NCBI GenBank assembly: GCA_024234165.1
Contig: JACKOP010000005.1
Location: 234,078 to 298,077 of the forward strand
Direction: 5' to 3'
Source: Pseudomonadales bacterium
Lineage (GTDB): Bacteria > Pseudomonadota > Gammaproteobacteria > Pseudomonadales > UBA5518
DNA: 64,000 bases
The notes beneath the pieces are model-generated. The model did no database searches and was not told the origin of the DNA. It saw only the letters and a program-made list of their open reading frames with translations. The translations under genes were made by a program, and so were the position numbers. Each line of letters begins with the position of its first letter. Position 1 is the stretch's first letter. Below are positions 38,254-47,654 of this stretch, piece after piece.

Positions 38254-38443
38254 GGATTTCCCCTCATCGATGCCGCTTTCGTGCAGTTGGTATTTGTATA
38301 CGTGCTGATCCGTAATGCAAGCAATCGCCATTTGCCGCTGCTGTCTTCGCTGTTCACCCGCGCGCCGACGTGCGCCATGTGTTTCTTCTTTGGTGATGCA
38401 TACCCCGGGATGAAGCGCTCGCGCGGGTCCGTGCCCGACTGAC

Positions 38444-38500
38444 GTGACCTACTGGATCCACCCTGAGGCTGAGGCCGAACTGGGTGATGCCGTCAGACAT
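38444..38500 (+). pseudogene. N-terminal stub of a ParE/RelE-family toxin
   Basis: V-TYWIHPEAEAELGDAV matches the usual ParE N-terminus. The similarity ends at the island/narL junction. Confidence 0.4.
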
Positions 38501-38504
38501 ACAC

Positions 38505-39176
38505 TCACTGTAATCCGTGCTCGGTGGCAATCACGGCCGCCTGTACCCGCGACGCGACGTCGAGCTTGCGCAGCACGTGCTGGACGTGGATCTTCACCGT
38601 CGTTTCGGCAATGCCCAGCTCGCGTGCAATGACCTTGTTGCTGTCGCCTCGAGCAATGCCTCGCAGGATATCGCGCTCGCGCGCGGACAGCGCATCGAGC
38701 GGCGAGGTCGGCGCCGGATTTTGCTGCAACACCGTGTCCGTTTGACGCACTGCCGACACCAGCTTGGTGGTCATCTCCGTGGCGATCACACTCTCGCCCG
38801 CCATCGCACGCCGTATCGCATCGCCGAGTACGTCACCATCGATCGTCTTCAGCAGATAACCACAGGCACCACCGCGCAGCGCATCCAGCAGGTCCTGCTC
38901 GTCCTCGCTGACGGTGAGCATCAGGATCCTCGCGGCGGGCGCCGCCTCGCGCAGAGCGGGCAGTGCGTCGACCCCGCGCACTCCGGGCAGGTGATTGTCG
39001 AGCAGCACCAGGTCCGGCTGCTGCTCGGCTGCGCGCAGCAGTGCATGACTCACGTCCGCCTCGTCGCCGATCACGAGGAACCCGGGTTCACGCGCGAGCA
39101 GCGCAGTGAGTCCACGGCGGAACAAGGTGTGGTCATCGACCACGAGGATGCGGATCGGCGTAGCCGTCTCGTTCAT
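38505..39176 (-). CDS. narL: nitrate/nitrite response regulator
   Basis: REC domain RILVVDDHTLFR and a LuxR HTH LSARERDILRGIARGDSNKVIARELGIAETTVKIHV. Adjacent to narX. Confidence 0.93.
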   Translation of the reverse strand: MNETATPIRILVVDDHTLFRRGLTALLAREPGFLVIGDEADVSHALLRAAEQQPDLVLLDNHLPGVRGVDALPALREAAPAARILMLTVSEDEQDLLDALRGGACGYLLKTIDGDVLGDAIRRAMAGESVIATEMTTKLVSAVRQTDTVLQQNPAPTSPLDALSARERDILRGIARGDSNKVIARELGIAETTVKIHVQHVLRKLDVASRVQAAVIATEHGLQ

Positions 39177-41167
39177 GTCTGTGCCTCTGTCGTAGCAGGC
39201 GGGCCGATGGAATCCGCATCAGTTGTCTTGTCCACCGCTCCCGCCAAAGGCAAGTCGAGCCTGACCCGCGTTCCCTTCCCGCACCACGAGTCGACCGCAA
39301 GTTCCGCCCCGATGCGTGCGGCCCGTTCGGCCATGATGCGCAGCCCCACGTGCGTGGCATCGGCAGGCAGCGCGTCGACAGCAACCGCTCCGTCGGCAAA
39401 GCCGATGCCGTCGTCGCTGATCTCGAAGCACCAGGCGGGCTGCTTCCACACCTCGACGCGCACCCTGCTCGCGCGCGCGTGCTTGCGCACGTTGGACAGT
39501 GCTTCCTGCACGATATGCAGCACCTGGATCTGCACATCCGGCGGCAGCGGCATCGCGTGTCCATGAACGCGCAGCTCGCCATGCAGACCGCTCTGATGCT
39601 CGAACTTGCCGAGCGTCGTCTGCAGCGCCGTTTCGATGCCACCGGCATCAGCGCGGGTACGGAAGTGCAGCAGCAACTCGCGCACATCACCGTAGCTCTC
39701 CCGAACCCCGGTATCGATATCGGCAAGAACGGCAGCTATGCGTCCGGCATCTCCCGCCGCCAGTGCATCGCGCATCAGCTGCACCTGGATCTTCAGGTAC
39801 GCGAGCGACTGTGCGATCGAGTCGTGCAACTCGCGTGCAATGAAGCCGCGCTCCTCGGCGACTGCGGCTTCCTTCGCGAGTGCAGCCAGACGGATGTTTT
39901 CCAGCCCGGCAGCAAGGTGCGCGGCCAGCGCTTCGAGCAGCGAACGCTCGGCAACGGACAGTGCGGTCCGGCTGCGGAAAAACAGATCGAGTTCGCCGCT
40001 GGTGTGCTGGTGCACACGCACCGGCACCGTTACCGCAGTCGCGAAACCGGCCTGGCGGCAGTGCTGCAGGCAGCTCGCAGGCAAGGCGTCGAGCGCGACC
40101 AGACGCAGCTCCGGTTCCCGCACACCCTGGCTCGACGCCGACACGCCGCATGCGCATTCGCCTTCGGCCAGCGTGCTCTCGGCGGCGATCATCGCCTGCG
40201 GCAAACCTTCCCAGGCGAGCGGCACGTAGTGACCACGTCCGGTGTCGTACCAGCGCAGCAGCGCCCCGTCCGCACGCGTCAGACGCAGCACGCAGCGCAC
40301 GAAGCCGTGCGCCAGCTCCTCCGTAGACGCGGCATCGGCAACGATCGCGGCGACTTCATACAGGGCTTCGAGCCGCTCGTGCTTCTCCTCCAGCTCGGCG
40401 GTCTTCTCGTGCACCCGGGTCTCGAGATTGTCGTATACGGATTGCAGGTGCTCCGCCATACCGTTGAAGCCCTCGGCCAGGGCTCCGAACTCGTCACGAC
40501 TCGCGCACCCGACCCGAGCCCCCAGATCACCCTGCTGCACGCGCCGCACGGCGCGCGCCAGCGCACTCACCGGCTCCAGCACGAACACGTAGCCGGTGTA
40601 GACGAGCGTTGCACTCGCCAGCACGGCAAACGCCAGCAGCGCCATCTGCACGAGGTGCATGATCGCGGTCCAGCGCGACATATGCCTTTCGATCGCACGC
40701 ACCAGTGCGTCGATATGGTCGGTAAAGCGCGCGGTATCCTGTTCCAGCGCGGTCGCGCTGGCCTGGAGGCTCTGCGGGGTACCCCACCGCACCCGGAAAT
40801 CCGCCCACTCCGCTTCAACCGCCGTGAAGCGCTCGCGCACCCGTGCATCCCACGGCACGAACAACGGGCGATGCGTATCGCCGACCCGCAACAGCTCGAT
40901 GCTGGCATCGAACTCCGTTACGTACTGCCGCAGCAGCGTCGCATCGCCGGCGTCCACGGCACGCGCCATGCGGTTGATCTGCATGCGCAGGCGACCCGCC
41001 TCATTGACCGCGGCCGCGCCACCATCGAGCTGCCACGACACCCAGAGGGTCACTCCGATCGAGACCCCCGTGAAGACCAGAAACGGCAGCAGCACCAGCG
41101 CGAGCTTCAGCCCGAGACTCCATTGACGCTGGTCCGTGTCCACCACGGCGTGTGCTTCTTCAGCCAA
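39173..41167 (-). CDS. narX: nitrate/nitrite sensor histidine kinase
   Basis: 664 aa. Two TM segments flank a periplasmic domain. HAMP, a central GAF-like region, HisKA_3 (ARELHDSIAQSL) and an HATPase domain. ATGA overlap with narL. Confidence 0.9.
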   Translation of the reverse strand: MAEEAHAVVDTDQRQWSLGLKLALVLLPFLVFTGVSIGVTLWVSWQLDGGAAAVNEAGRLRMQINRMARAVDAGDATLLRQYVTEFDASIELLRVGDTHRPLFVPWDARVRERFTAVEAEWADFRVRWGTPQSLQASATALEQDTARFTDHIDALVRAIERHMSRWTAIMHLVQMALLAFAVLASATLVYTGYVFVLEPVSALARAVRRVQQGDLGARVGCASRDEFGALAEGFNGMAEHLQSVYDNLETRVHEKTAELEEKHERLEALYEVAAIVADAASTEELAHGFVRCVLRLTRADGALLRWYDTGRGHYVPLAWEGLPQAMIAAESTLAEGECACGVSASSQGVREPELRLVALDALPASCLQHCRQAGFATAVTVPVRVHQHTSGELDLFFRSRTALSVAERSLLEALAAHLAAGLENIRLAALAKEAAVAEERGFIARELHDSIAQSLAYLKIQVQLMRDALAAGDAGRIAAVLADIDTGVRESYGDVRELLLHFRTRADAGGIETALQTTLGKFEHQSGLHGELRVHGHAMPLPPDVQIQVLHIVQEALSNVRKHARASRVRVEVWKQPAWCFEISDDGIGFADGAVAVDALPADATHVGLRIMAERAARIGAELAVDSWCGKGTRVRLDLPLAGAVDKTTDADSIGPPATTEAQT

Positions 41168-41346
41168 GAGCTTTCCTCGACGCGACGCCGATCGGCAGCA
41201 GATCCATCAGGGTTCCCGGCCGACCGTCATGACCGCGGGATTATGCCCGCCATGGGCTGCTGGACGCGAGCCGCGCCCTCTATACTGCCGGCCGTCCGGC
41301 TGCCCGAAGCCGGCATCCCGGCATCCATGACCGACCAGGACACACC

Positions 41347-42627
41347 ATGCAGCCGCCGACACGCGCTCCGAGTGCCGCCTACGCCAACTACGTGCTCGCC
41401 CTGTTGAGCCTGGTCTATGTGATGAACTTCATCGACCGGCAGATCCTGGCCATGCTGATCGAGCCGATCAAACAGGAATTCGGCGTTTCGGATACGGCAC
41501 TCGGGTTGCTGTCGGGCTTTGCGTTCGCGTTCCTGTACACGCTTGCGGGAATCCCGATCGCGCGCTGGGCAGACCGCAGCTCGCGTACCCGCGTCATCAC
41601 GCTGGCACTCACCATATGGAGCGTGATGACCGCTGCCTGCGGCCTGGCACGCAACTTCATCGAACTGGCTCTGCTGCGGGTACTGGTCGGCATCGGCGAG
41701 GCCGGCGGCAACCCGCCGTCGCATTCGTTGATCGCCGATTATTTTCCGCCACACCGGCGCGCCACGGCGCTATCGATATTTGCATGGGGTGTCTATGTGG
41801 GGTCTGCCATCGCGTTCCTCGCCGGCGGTTACCTGGTTGCCCACTACAGCTGGCGTACCGCATTCATGGTCGTCGGTGCGCCGGGCCTGTTGCTCGCGGT
41901 GGTGGTTGCACTGACGGTGCGCGAACCCGCACGTGGCGCCTCGGAACAACGCAGCGCCCCGCAGGCGCAGCCGCCGCTCGGTGAGGTGTTGCGCCATCTG
42001 CTGGCGCAGCGTTCGTTCATGTTCATCGTGCTCGGTGCGTCGATCCAGTCGCTTTCGGGCTATGGAGTGCTGACCTGGGGACCCACGTTTCTGTACCGCG
42101 TCCACGCGATGCCGTGGACCGAGATCGGCGTGTGGCTCGGCTGGATCATCGGTGTCGCGGGCTGCGCCGGAGCCTACGCCGGTGGCCGGCTCGCGGATCG
42201 CTTCGGCGCACGTGACGCCGCGTGGTACATGCGCCTGCCGGCGCTGCAGTCCTTGCTCGGCGTGCCGTTCGTGCTCGGTTTTGCACTGCTGCCGGCACAG
42301 CGTGACTCGATGCTGGCGTTCATCCCGTTCTATGCGCTGGGCGCCATGTACGTGGGGCCGATGTTCTCGATGGTGCAGGGGCTGGTGCCGCTGCGCATGC
42401 GTGCCACGGCTTCCGCGCTGCTGCTGTTCGTCGTGAACCTGATCGGACTCGGACTCGGGCCGCTGTCGGTCGGGCTGCTGAACGACTACGTGTTCGCCGC
42501 CGAGCACGGTGCGCTGGCGATCCGCTACTCGATGCTCGTGATCGGCGTGCTCGGCGGTGCGGCCAGCCTGCTGTTCTGGCAGGCATCACGTACGCTGGCC
42601 GCGGACCTCGCCCGCCAGCACGACTGA
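41347..42627 (+). CDS. MFS transporter (Spinster-like)
   Basis: YVMNFIDRQILAMLIEPIKQEF and GIPIARWADRSSR motifs, with 12 TM segments. Confidence 0.9.
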   Translation: MQPPTRAPSAAYANYVLALLSLVYVMNFIDRQILAMLIEPIKQEFGVSDTALGLLSGFAFAFLYTLAGIPIARWADRSSRTRVITLALTIWSVMTAACGLARNFIELALLRVLVGIGEAGGNPPSHSLIADYFPPHRRATALSIFAWGVYVGSAIAFLAGGYLVAHYSWRTAFMVVGAPGLLLAVVVALTVREPARGASEQRSAPQAQPPLGEVLRHLLAQRSFMFIVLGASIQSLSGYGVLTWGPTFLYRVHAMPWTEIGVWLGWIIGVAGCAGAYAGGRLADRFGARDAAWYMRLPALQSLLGVPFVLGFALLPAQRDSMLAFIPFYALGAMYVGPMFSMVQGLVPLRMRATASALLLFVVNLIGLGLGPLSVGLLNDYVFAAEHGALAIRYSMLVIGVLGGAASLLFWQASRTLAADLARQHD

Positions 42628-43428
42628 GTTCGCGCGCGGCACCGCCGCTTGCGGCGGCAGCGTGAGCCGCCGCGACCAGTCCTCGACCACGCCGCTCTCG
42701 AGCCGACGCGATGCAAGCAGGCGCCAGCCCTCGGACAGAACGGCGAGGTCGGCGATCGTCGCGAGCAGCACCCGGTTCAGGCAGTCGTGATACAGCACGT
42801 GCTGCAGCCGCGCCAGCGTCCACTCGGGATGCGGACGATCGTGCAGCTCGAGGCAATCGCCTGCGGCAATCGTGCCGGGCTGCAGCACCCGGTAGTACCA
42901 GCCCGTCAGCCCGCTGTCCTGCACACGCTCGGCCATGGCTGGCAGATCGAAGCGCAGATCGAGCTTCCAGCACGGCTGGCGACCCTGCGAAACCTGCAGG
43001 ACGGCGCCTCCGAGCCGGTACACGTCGCCAACGCAGACCACGTCCTCGGTCATACCGAGAGTGACCAGGTTCTCGCCGAAGCCTCCTGCAACGAAACGCT
43101 CCGCTCGCTCCGGCAGCAGCGCACGCCAGCGCGCGTAATGCTCCAGCGCGTAGTGGTGCAGAGCCTTGTCGGGGCCGCCGTGATGGCGGGTGTCGGCCTG
43201 TCGATCTGCCCGCAAGCCGTTCACATCGGCGTAGCCATCGCGAACCGGCTGCTTGTCGATTGCGCTGCGTGCCTCACCGGAACCCAGCGGTGCGACGATT
43301 CCTGCGCGCAGCTCCCGCAGCACGATCCCTGCGCTCACGGCGCTGCCCCGGTTTCGGGCCACTCGGTAGATTCGGCGATTTTCACTACGGGACCCCATGC
43401 ATGACGGCGGCATCGACATGATCGACAT
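42586..43428 (-). CDS. MOSC domain-containing protein (YiiM-like); start uncertain
   Basis: HGGPDKALHHY, GGFGENL and LQVSQGRQPCWKL motifs. Several candidate starts lie between 43338 and 43428. Confidence 0.8.
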   Translation of the reverse strand: MSIMSMPPSCMGSRSENRRIYRVARNRGSAVSAGIVLRELRAGIVAPLGSGEARSAIDKQPVRDGYADVNGLRADRQADTRHHGGPDKALHHYALEHYARWRALLPERAERFVAGGFGENLVTLGMTEDVVCVGDVYRLGGAVLQVSQGRQPCWKLDLRFDLPAMAERVQDSGLTGWYYRVLQPGTIAAGDCLELHDRPHPEWTLARLQHVLYHDCLNRVLLATIADLAVLSEGWRLLASRRLESGVVEDWSRRLTLPPQAAVPRANSVVLAGEVRGQRT

Positions 43429-43625
43429 GATAGAGGCATGCGAGCCGTGGCGCGCTTCCCGTTTCTGCTTCTGTAGTCGGCATGTGGTCAGCGCTGTCGC
43501 AAGCCTGCGGCTTTGCTAGACTGCCTCTCGCATCGACAGACGAGGCGTACGGGTCTTGCGCCGACGAGCGCACCGCCCACCGGAGTTTTGCAGCGCAAGG
43601 CGAAACGCGAGGAGACCCGCGGCAG

Positions 43626-44561
43626 ATGAGCACCACCGGCGTCGCCAGAGCGCAACCGACCTCGAGCGTCTCGTGGCGTGAGCATGTGCGCGCACACCCG
43701 CTGGTTGCCGGCGGACTTGCGATCGGCGTACTCGCCGTGTGCTTCCTGCTGGCGGAGAGTCTGGTCTCACTGAACGAAGGCGGGCCTTCCCGCGCGCTGG
43801 TGCTTGCCCTGTACGGCGGGACTGCCGGCTTCCTCACGACGGCCCTCGGCGCGTTGCCTGCGCTTTTGCTGCGCACCATGCCGCAGCGCCTCGCCGACAC
43901 ACTGATGGGAATGGCCGCCGGCATGATGCTGGCGGCAACCGCATTCTCGCTGCTGCTGCCCGGTATCGACGCCGGCACCCACATCCTGGGCAATGCACCG
44001 CTGGGCGCCTGCATCGTGGTGTTCGGCATGGCACTCGGCGTGCTGCTGATGCTGGGCCTGGAGCAGTTCACGCCGCACGAGCACGAGTCCACCGGACCCT
44101 GCGGCCCCGGGTATGCACGCTATCCGCGGATGTGGCTGTTCGTGTTCGCGATCGCGCTGCACAACCTGCCCGAAGGCATGGCGATCGGCGTGGCATTCTC
44201 ACAGGGCAGCCTGCAGACCGGCTTGCCGCTCGCGGTTGCGATCGCGCTGCAGGATATTCCCGAGGGGCTCGCGGTGGCTCTTGCACTGCGCAGCGTCGGA
44301 CTCCGCCCGGCACGCGCGGTGATGCTGGCAGCGCTGAGCGGCGTGCCCGAACCGCTCGGCGCGCTGATCGGCCTGGGCTTGGCAAGCGGTTTTCCGCTCG
44401 CCTACCCGATCGGGATGGGCCTGGCCGCCGGTGCGATGCTGTTCGTGATCTCGCACGAAGTGATTCCCGAAACCCACCGCAATGGCCACCAGACCCCCGC
44501 CACACTCGGACTGATGGTGGGCTTCGCCGTCATGATGGTGCTCGACACCACCCTTGGCTGA
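43626..44561 (+). CDS. ZIP-family metal (zinc) transporter
   Basis: ALHNLPEGMAIGVAF, LQDIPEGLAVALAL and ISHEVIPE motifs. The start is taken at MSTTGVARA. Confidence 0.85.
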   Translation: MSTTGVARAQPTSSVSWREHVRAHPLVAGGLAIGVLAVCFLLAESLVSLNEGGPSRALVLALYGGTAGFLTTALGALPALLLRTMPQRLADTLMGMAAGMMLAATAFSLLLPGIDAGTHILGNAPLGACIVVFGMALGVLLMLGLEQFTPHEHESTGPCGPGYARYPRMWLFVFAIALHNLPEGMAIGVAFSQGSLQTGLPLAVAIALQDIPEGLAVALALRSVGLRPARAVMLAALSGVPEPLGALIGLGLASGFPLAYPIGMGLAAGAMLFVISHEVIPETHRNGHQTPATLGLMVGFAVMMVLDTTLG

Positions 44562-44611
44562 AGCTGCTGCGGCCATCGCACGGCAGCAGGCCGTCTGCGC
44601 GCACGCTGCCC

Positions 44612-45607
44612 TCAGTCGAAGGGTACCGGGCGCGGGGTCGCGTCCTCCGACGGCGGCAGGATCGGCAACAGCAGGCGAGGCTGCTCGCCGGTCAGCGTCT
44701 TCAGGAACGCCACGATGCTCGCATTCTCCGTCGCGCTGAACGTACGCCCCAGTTGCAGCCGCCCCATGATATCGACCGCCGCGCCGAGCGTATTCGCAGC
44801 ACCGTCATGGAAGTACGGGTAGGTCAGTTCGACGTTGCGCAGGGTCGGCACCTTGAAGCTGAAGCGGTCGGAGTCCTTGCCGGTGACTGCCGAGCGTCCT
44901 TCTGCGTCCACCGCTGCCTTGTACGGTGCGACGACGCCCATTTTCTGGAACGAATTGCCGCCGACCGCCTCGCCGTTATGGCAGGCGATGCAGCCGCTTT
45001 CCTTGAACAGCTTGTAACCTGCCAGTTCCTGCTCGCTGAGCGCGCTCGCATCGCCCAGCAGCCACTGGTCGAAGCGCGAGTCCGGTGTCACCAGCGTCTT
45101 CTCGAACTCGGCGATCGCCTGCGTCACCTCGTCGATCGTGATCTTGTCGGTGCCGAACACCTGCCTGAATTCACGCACATAACCCGGAATCGACGCCAGT
45201 ACGCTGACAGTGAGCTGGTGTGTGAACGCCATCTCCTTGGGGTTGGCGATCGGGCCACCCGCCTGTTCCTTGAGATCCGCTGCACGCCCATCCCAGAACT
45301 GTGCGACGTTCAGGCTCGAGTTCAGCACGGTCGGCGCGTTGATCGGCCCGCGCTGCCAGTTGTGCCCGATCGAGGTCGGGATGTTGTCGGTCCCGCCCAT
45401 CGACAGGTTGTGGCAGGAATTGCAGGAAATGAACCCCGAACGCGACAGACGCGGGTCGAAGTACAGTTTCTTGCCGAGTTCGCTGAGCCCCAGATCGATA
45501 TTGCGCGCCGGCTTGACCGGCTGGATGGGCTCACTGGCATAGCTGACGCCCTGCGCCAGCATCGCGCAGAACAGGGCGACACCCGCCGTGGCTTTCGAGT
45601 ACTTCAT
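44612..45607 (-). CDS. ccpA: di-haem cytochrome c peroxidase
   Basis: Signal peptide, two CxxCH motifs (CNSCH and CIACH), and FWDGRA. Confidence 0.93.
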   Translation of the reverse strand: MKYSKATAGVALFCAMLAQGVSYASEPIQPVKPARNIDLGLSELGKKLYFDPRLSRSGFISCNSCHNLSMGGTDNIPTSIGHNWQRGPINAPTVLNSSLNVAQFWDGRAADLKEQAGGPIANPKEMAFTHQLTVSVLASIPGYVREFRQVFGTDKITIDEVTQAIAEFEKTLVTPDSRFDQWLLGDASALSEQELAGYKLFKESGCIACHNGEAVGGNSFQKMGVVAPYKAAVDAEGRSAVTGKDSDRFSFKVPTLRNVELTYPYFHDGAANTLGAAVDIMGRLQLGRTFSATENASIVAFLKTLTGEQPRLLLPILPPSEDATPRPVPFD

Positions 45608-45741
45608 GCTGTCGTCTCCTCATGACTTGATCATCTGGCAGCGATTGTCCACATCGGGACCCGACGATGCCAGAGCTTCGGATAACCGTCGCGCGAGCGC
45701 TTCAGAGTGCTGTCGCAATACACTGCGAAACATGAGGCAAT

Positions 45742-45842
45742 GCCTTCACACCGGCGGGACGCCGTAAATGCCTCCCTGCAGGCTCGAGCGCAGCCTCCCT
45801 GCGGCGCACGCCCCCGATGCGACGGCATCTCGCCGCACGCTT
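45742..45842. repeat. ~100-nt intergenic repeat element, copy 2
   Basis: Aligns with 2566-2668 in the same orientation. Confidence 0.55.
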
Positions 45843-45879
45843 GCGGCATCGACGATCGGGCGCTGTTTCGACTGCCTTT

Positions 45880-46653
45880 TCAGCCTCGTTGCCACGGGAT
45901 GATCGCAGCCAGGCCGTCCTCGTCGATCACGCGCATGCGCACCCCGTAAACGGGCTCCAGTATCGCCGGCTGCAGCACCTCGCGCGCTGCTCCGCAAGCG
46001 ATCACGGCACCGTGGTGAAGCAGCAGCACCCGATCACAGAAGCGTGCCGCCAGGCTCAGATCGTGCAACACCACCGCAACGGCGGTACCCCGCACGGCCC
46101 GCTCGGCGAGCAGTTCCATCGCGTGCAACTGGTGATACACATCGAGCGCCGCCACCGGTTCGTCGGCGAGCAGGATCAGCGGCTCGGCTGCCAGCAGCCG
46201 GGCGATCATCACACGCGTACGTTCACCGCCGGAGAGCTCGTTGACCAGGCGATGCTGCAGATCCTCGACTTCGGCATCCAGCAGCGCCGTGGCAACCGCC
46301 TCTGGGCCCGCCTCGTCGACGCTGAACCAGCCGTGCTGCCAGGGCAACCTTCCCAGCTCGACTACCGTACGCACATCGAGCGGCCAGTGCAGCGGCGCGG
46401 ACTGCGGCAGATACCCGATGCGCCGACCGCGTTCTACGGCCGGCCATGCCTGGAGCTCCCGGCCATCGAGACGCACGCTGCCGCCGGCGGGATGCAGCAG
46501 CCCGGCCATCACACGCAACAGCGTACTCTTGCCCGCCCCGTTGGGACCGATGACGCCGAGCACTTCGCCTGCCGCGAGTTCGCACGACACGCCGGCCAGC
46601 ACGGCTCGCAAGCCGAGGTGCACACGCACATCGTCGACGATCAGCGCACTCAC
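45880..46653 (-). CDS. ABC transporter ATP-binding protein (FecE/BtuD type)
   Basis: GTG start overlapping the permease stop (GTGA). GPNGAGKSTLL, LSGGERTRV, LLADEPVAALD. Confidence 0.9.
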   Translation of the reverse strand: MSALIVDDVRVHLGLRAVLAGVSCELAAGEVLGVIGPNGAGKSTLLRVMAGLLHPAGGSVRLDGRELQAWPAVERGRRIGYLPQSAPLHWPLDVRTVVELGRLPWQHGWFSVDEAGPEAVATALLDAEVEDLQHRLVNELSGGERTRVMIARLLAAEPLILLADEPVAALDVYHQLHAMELLAERAVRGTAVAVVLHDLSLAARFCDRVLLLHHGAVIACGAAREVLQPAILEPVYGVRMRVIDEDGLAAIIPWQRG

Positions 46654-47648
46654 GTCAGGCGTCCGCGCGCACCGAGCACGATCGCCAGAAACACCGGCGC
46701 GCCAAGCAACGAGGTGACCACGCCCAGCTTCAGCTCGCTGGCGCCGGGAAGGCGTTGCACCAGCACATCCGCCAGCAGCACCAGCAAGGCGCCACCAAGC
46801 GCACTCGGCACCAGCAAGCGCCCTGGCCGGTGCCCGACCAGCGGGCGCAGCACGTGCGGAACGACCAGGCCGACGAATGAAATCGTACCGCTGATCGCAA
46901 CGGCGGCACCCACACCGATCGCAACCCCTCCCATCACTCGCCACGGCAGCGAACGGGCCCCGAAACCGAGCGTATGCGCGGTGTCTTCACCGAGGCTCAG
47001 CGCTTCCAGATAGCGGCGCGTCGACACCAGCGACACCACGGCGATCAGCATGAACGGCAGGCAGAACACCAGTTCGGCAAAGCTGCGGTTGGCCACCGAA
47101 CCCATCAGCCAGTAGACGATCTCGTGCAACGCGTAGGGGCTGGGTGCGAGATTGAGGGCCAGCGCGATCGCGGCTGCAGCGAAGGCGTTCAGCGCCACGC
47201 CGGCAAGGATCAGCGTGGCAACCCGTGCGTGGTCACCGACCAGCACACGCAACAGCGCGAGAGCCGCGACTGCACCGACGATTCCGGCTGCCGGCAGCAG
47301 CAGCGAATGCTGTGGCACCAGCCCGAAATAGAGCACCAGCACGGCGCCGAGCGCGGCACAACTCGATGCACCCACCAAACCCGGCTCCGCAAGGGGGTTG
47401 CGCAGCATGCCCTGCAGCGCCGCACCGGCAATGCCGAGCGTCGCGCCGACTGCCAGCGCGGCGAGCGCACGCGGCAAACGAATCTCGCGCAGGATCAGCA
47501 GCGCCGTCGATTCCCGGCCGGCAACCCAGTCACCGAGTGCCGGCGACAGCAAGGCACCCGCCGAACCGGTATCGAGTGCCAGCAGGCCTGCGAGCACCAG
47601 TGCCACCGAGAGCGCAGGCAACAATGACCGTTCTGCCAGCACGCGCAT
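46650..47648 (-). CDS. FecCD/BtuC-family ABC permease
   Basis: 332 aa. RLPRALAALAVGATLGIAGAALQGMLRNPLAEPGLVG. Confidence 0.9.
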   Translation of the reverse strand: MRVLAERSLLPALSVALVLAGLLALDTGSAGALLSPALGDWVAGRESTALLILREIRLPRALAALAVGATLGIAGAALQGMLRNPLAEPGLVGASSCAALGAVLVLYFGLVPQHSLLLPAAGIVGAVAALALLRVLVGDHARVATLILAGVALNAFAAAAIALALNLAPSPYALHEIVYWLMGSVANRSFAELVFCLPFMLIAVVSLVSTRRYLEALSLGEDTAHTLGFGARSLPWRVMGGVAIGVGAAVAISGTISFVGLVVPHVLRPLVGHRPGRLLVPSALGGALLVLLADVLVQRLPGASELKLGVVTSLLGAPVFLAIVLGARGRLT

Positions 47649-47654
47649 CGCCGC

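Larger units (their letters stand above)
23252..38510 (+). mobile_element. integrase-less integron cassette array (CALIN) with nested IS and transposon debris
   Basis: Lower GC than the flanks. It contains a series of attC sites with the same polarity and is flanked by the decamer CACTCACTGT (23243-23252 and 38502-38511). No intI is present in the window. Confidence 0.75.

Noticed and set aside
38351-38440. A seventh canonical attC after the membrane-protein gene
   Set aside because: There is an R''-like GTTCACC and a CCCGCGCG/CGCGCGGG stem, but no acceptable GTTRRRY box. I kept it only as a tentative remark.
43429-43625. A Zur box upstream of the ZIP transporter gene
   Set aside because: Only a short direct repeat (ATCGACATG twice) is present. 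There is no AT-rich palindrome of the GTAATGTTATAACATTAC type.
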